Assembly: GCA_951406725.2 (NCBI GenBank)
Contig: OX597819.1
Coordinates: 60,264,001 to 60,328,000 of the forward strand
Length of the DNA: 64,000 nt
Source of the DNA: Octopus vulgaris
Lineage: Eukaryota
Direction of reading: 5' to 3'
Every line of letters starts with the position of its first letter. Positions within the stretch are counted from its first letter, which is position 1. Under the pieces are notes generated by a model. The model was not told where the DNA came from, did no database searches, and saw nothing but the letters and a program-made list of their open reading frames with translations. Both the position numbers and the translations under genes were made by a program. Shown one piece after another: positions 63,133 through 64,000 of this stretch.

Positions 63133-64000
63133 TAAATAATAATAATAATAATAAAAATGAACGAACTAGTGAGTTTAGTTTAATGGCCTACCAATGTATA
63201 CTATGAGTTTGTTTGCCCTAGGAGTCGGGAAGACACTCGGCAAGAAATGGAAGCAAATTTGAAAGAAGAAGAAAAACCCTCCTCAACAACAACAACAACG
63301 ATGACGACGCTGAAAAATACCTTAGGAATGAGAACCCAGATTCGAAATTTCCCCAGGACACCTGATGAAGGCTGGAGGGTATATAAATGTTGTGTTAACA
63401 ACAAACAAGATGAGGACAAATATCCGTCAAATGTAAATAATGTAAATAATGTACATAATTCCTCATCTTTTAAATATAGAACTGTATTAAGTTTATTATT
63501 GGTTGATATGAATTTCTTTAAGCATGGCTATGAGTTTAAGATCCCCACTTCTCAATCACATGACATCAGGTTCAGTTCCTTGGTAAAATGTGATCTTCTA
63601 TAGCCATAGGCTGACCTAAGTCATGTAACTGTATTTAATAGACAGAAACTGAAAGAAGCCTATCATATACGTATATCATCATCACTGACATTCTAACATT
63701 CGCTTTCCCATGCTTGCATGGGTGAGATGAAGTTTATTGAGGCAGATTTTCTTAGGCTGGATGCCCTTCCTGTCAGCACCCTTCACCTGTTTCTAAGCAC
63801 GGTAATTCTTTCCCATGGCCAGACATGGTTTTGCGGAATATTAGAAATGAATGAAACGACTTAAATTACAGTGTCACTCACAACTATCATGTGACGCCAG
63901 GACACACACACACACATCTATGATGTCTTCTTTCAGTTTCCCTCTGTCAGATCCACTCACAAAGTTTTTGATGTATCTGCAGCTATAGTAGAAGACACTT

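Overview
AT-rich, repeat-saturated eukaryotic DNA, very probably an octopus (coleoid cephalopod) chromosome, inferred from octopus-type tRNA/CORE SINEs, RTE tails and dense (TA)n/(CA)n tracts. Most entries in the ORF track are microsatellite artefacts. One host gene is readable from splice sites: the last three coding exons of an SLC46-family MFS transporter on the + strand (14397-14480, 17165-17321, 20040-20121), none of which appears in the ORF track. The rest is mobile DNA. Retroelements: a 5'-truncated RTE LINE with RT and many 3'-end copies, an RTE/BovB-like copy with a 5' inversion, R4/Dong-like RLE elements nested in (AAT)n, HERO-like and CR1-like remnants, Penelope-like fragments and three SINE families. 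DNA elements: non-autonomous Helitrons (a tandem trio and an end-swapped chimera), a Helentron-type HINE, hAT and mariner MITEs, a decayed DD36E Tc1-like transposase and several long fold-backs. The most interesting signals are RNA structures: about ten type I hammerhead ribozyme motifs (three with intact cores) and a speculative permuted hammerhead-like arrangement in the HERO-like 3' UTR. No CRISPR array, rRNA or genuine tRNA gene was found. All alignments and folds were done by eye, repeat boundaries are approximate, and family names rest on recalled consensus features rather than database searches.
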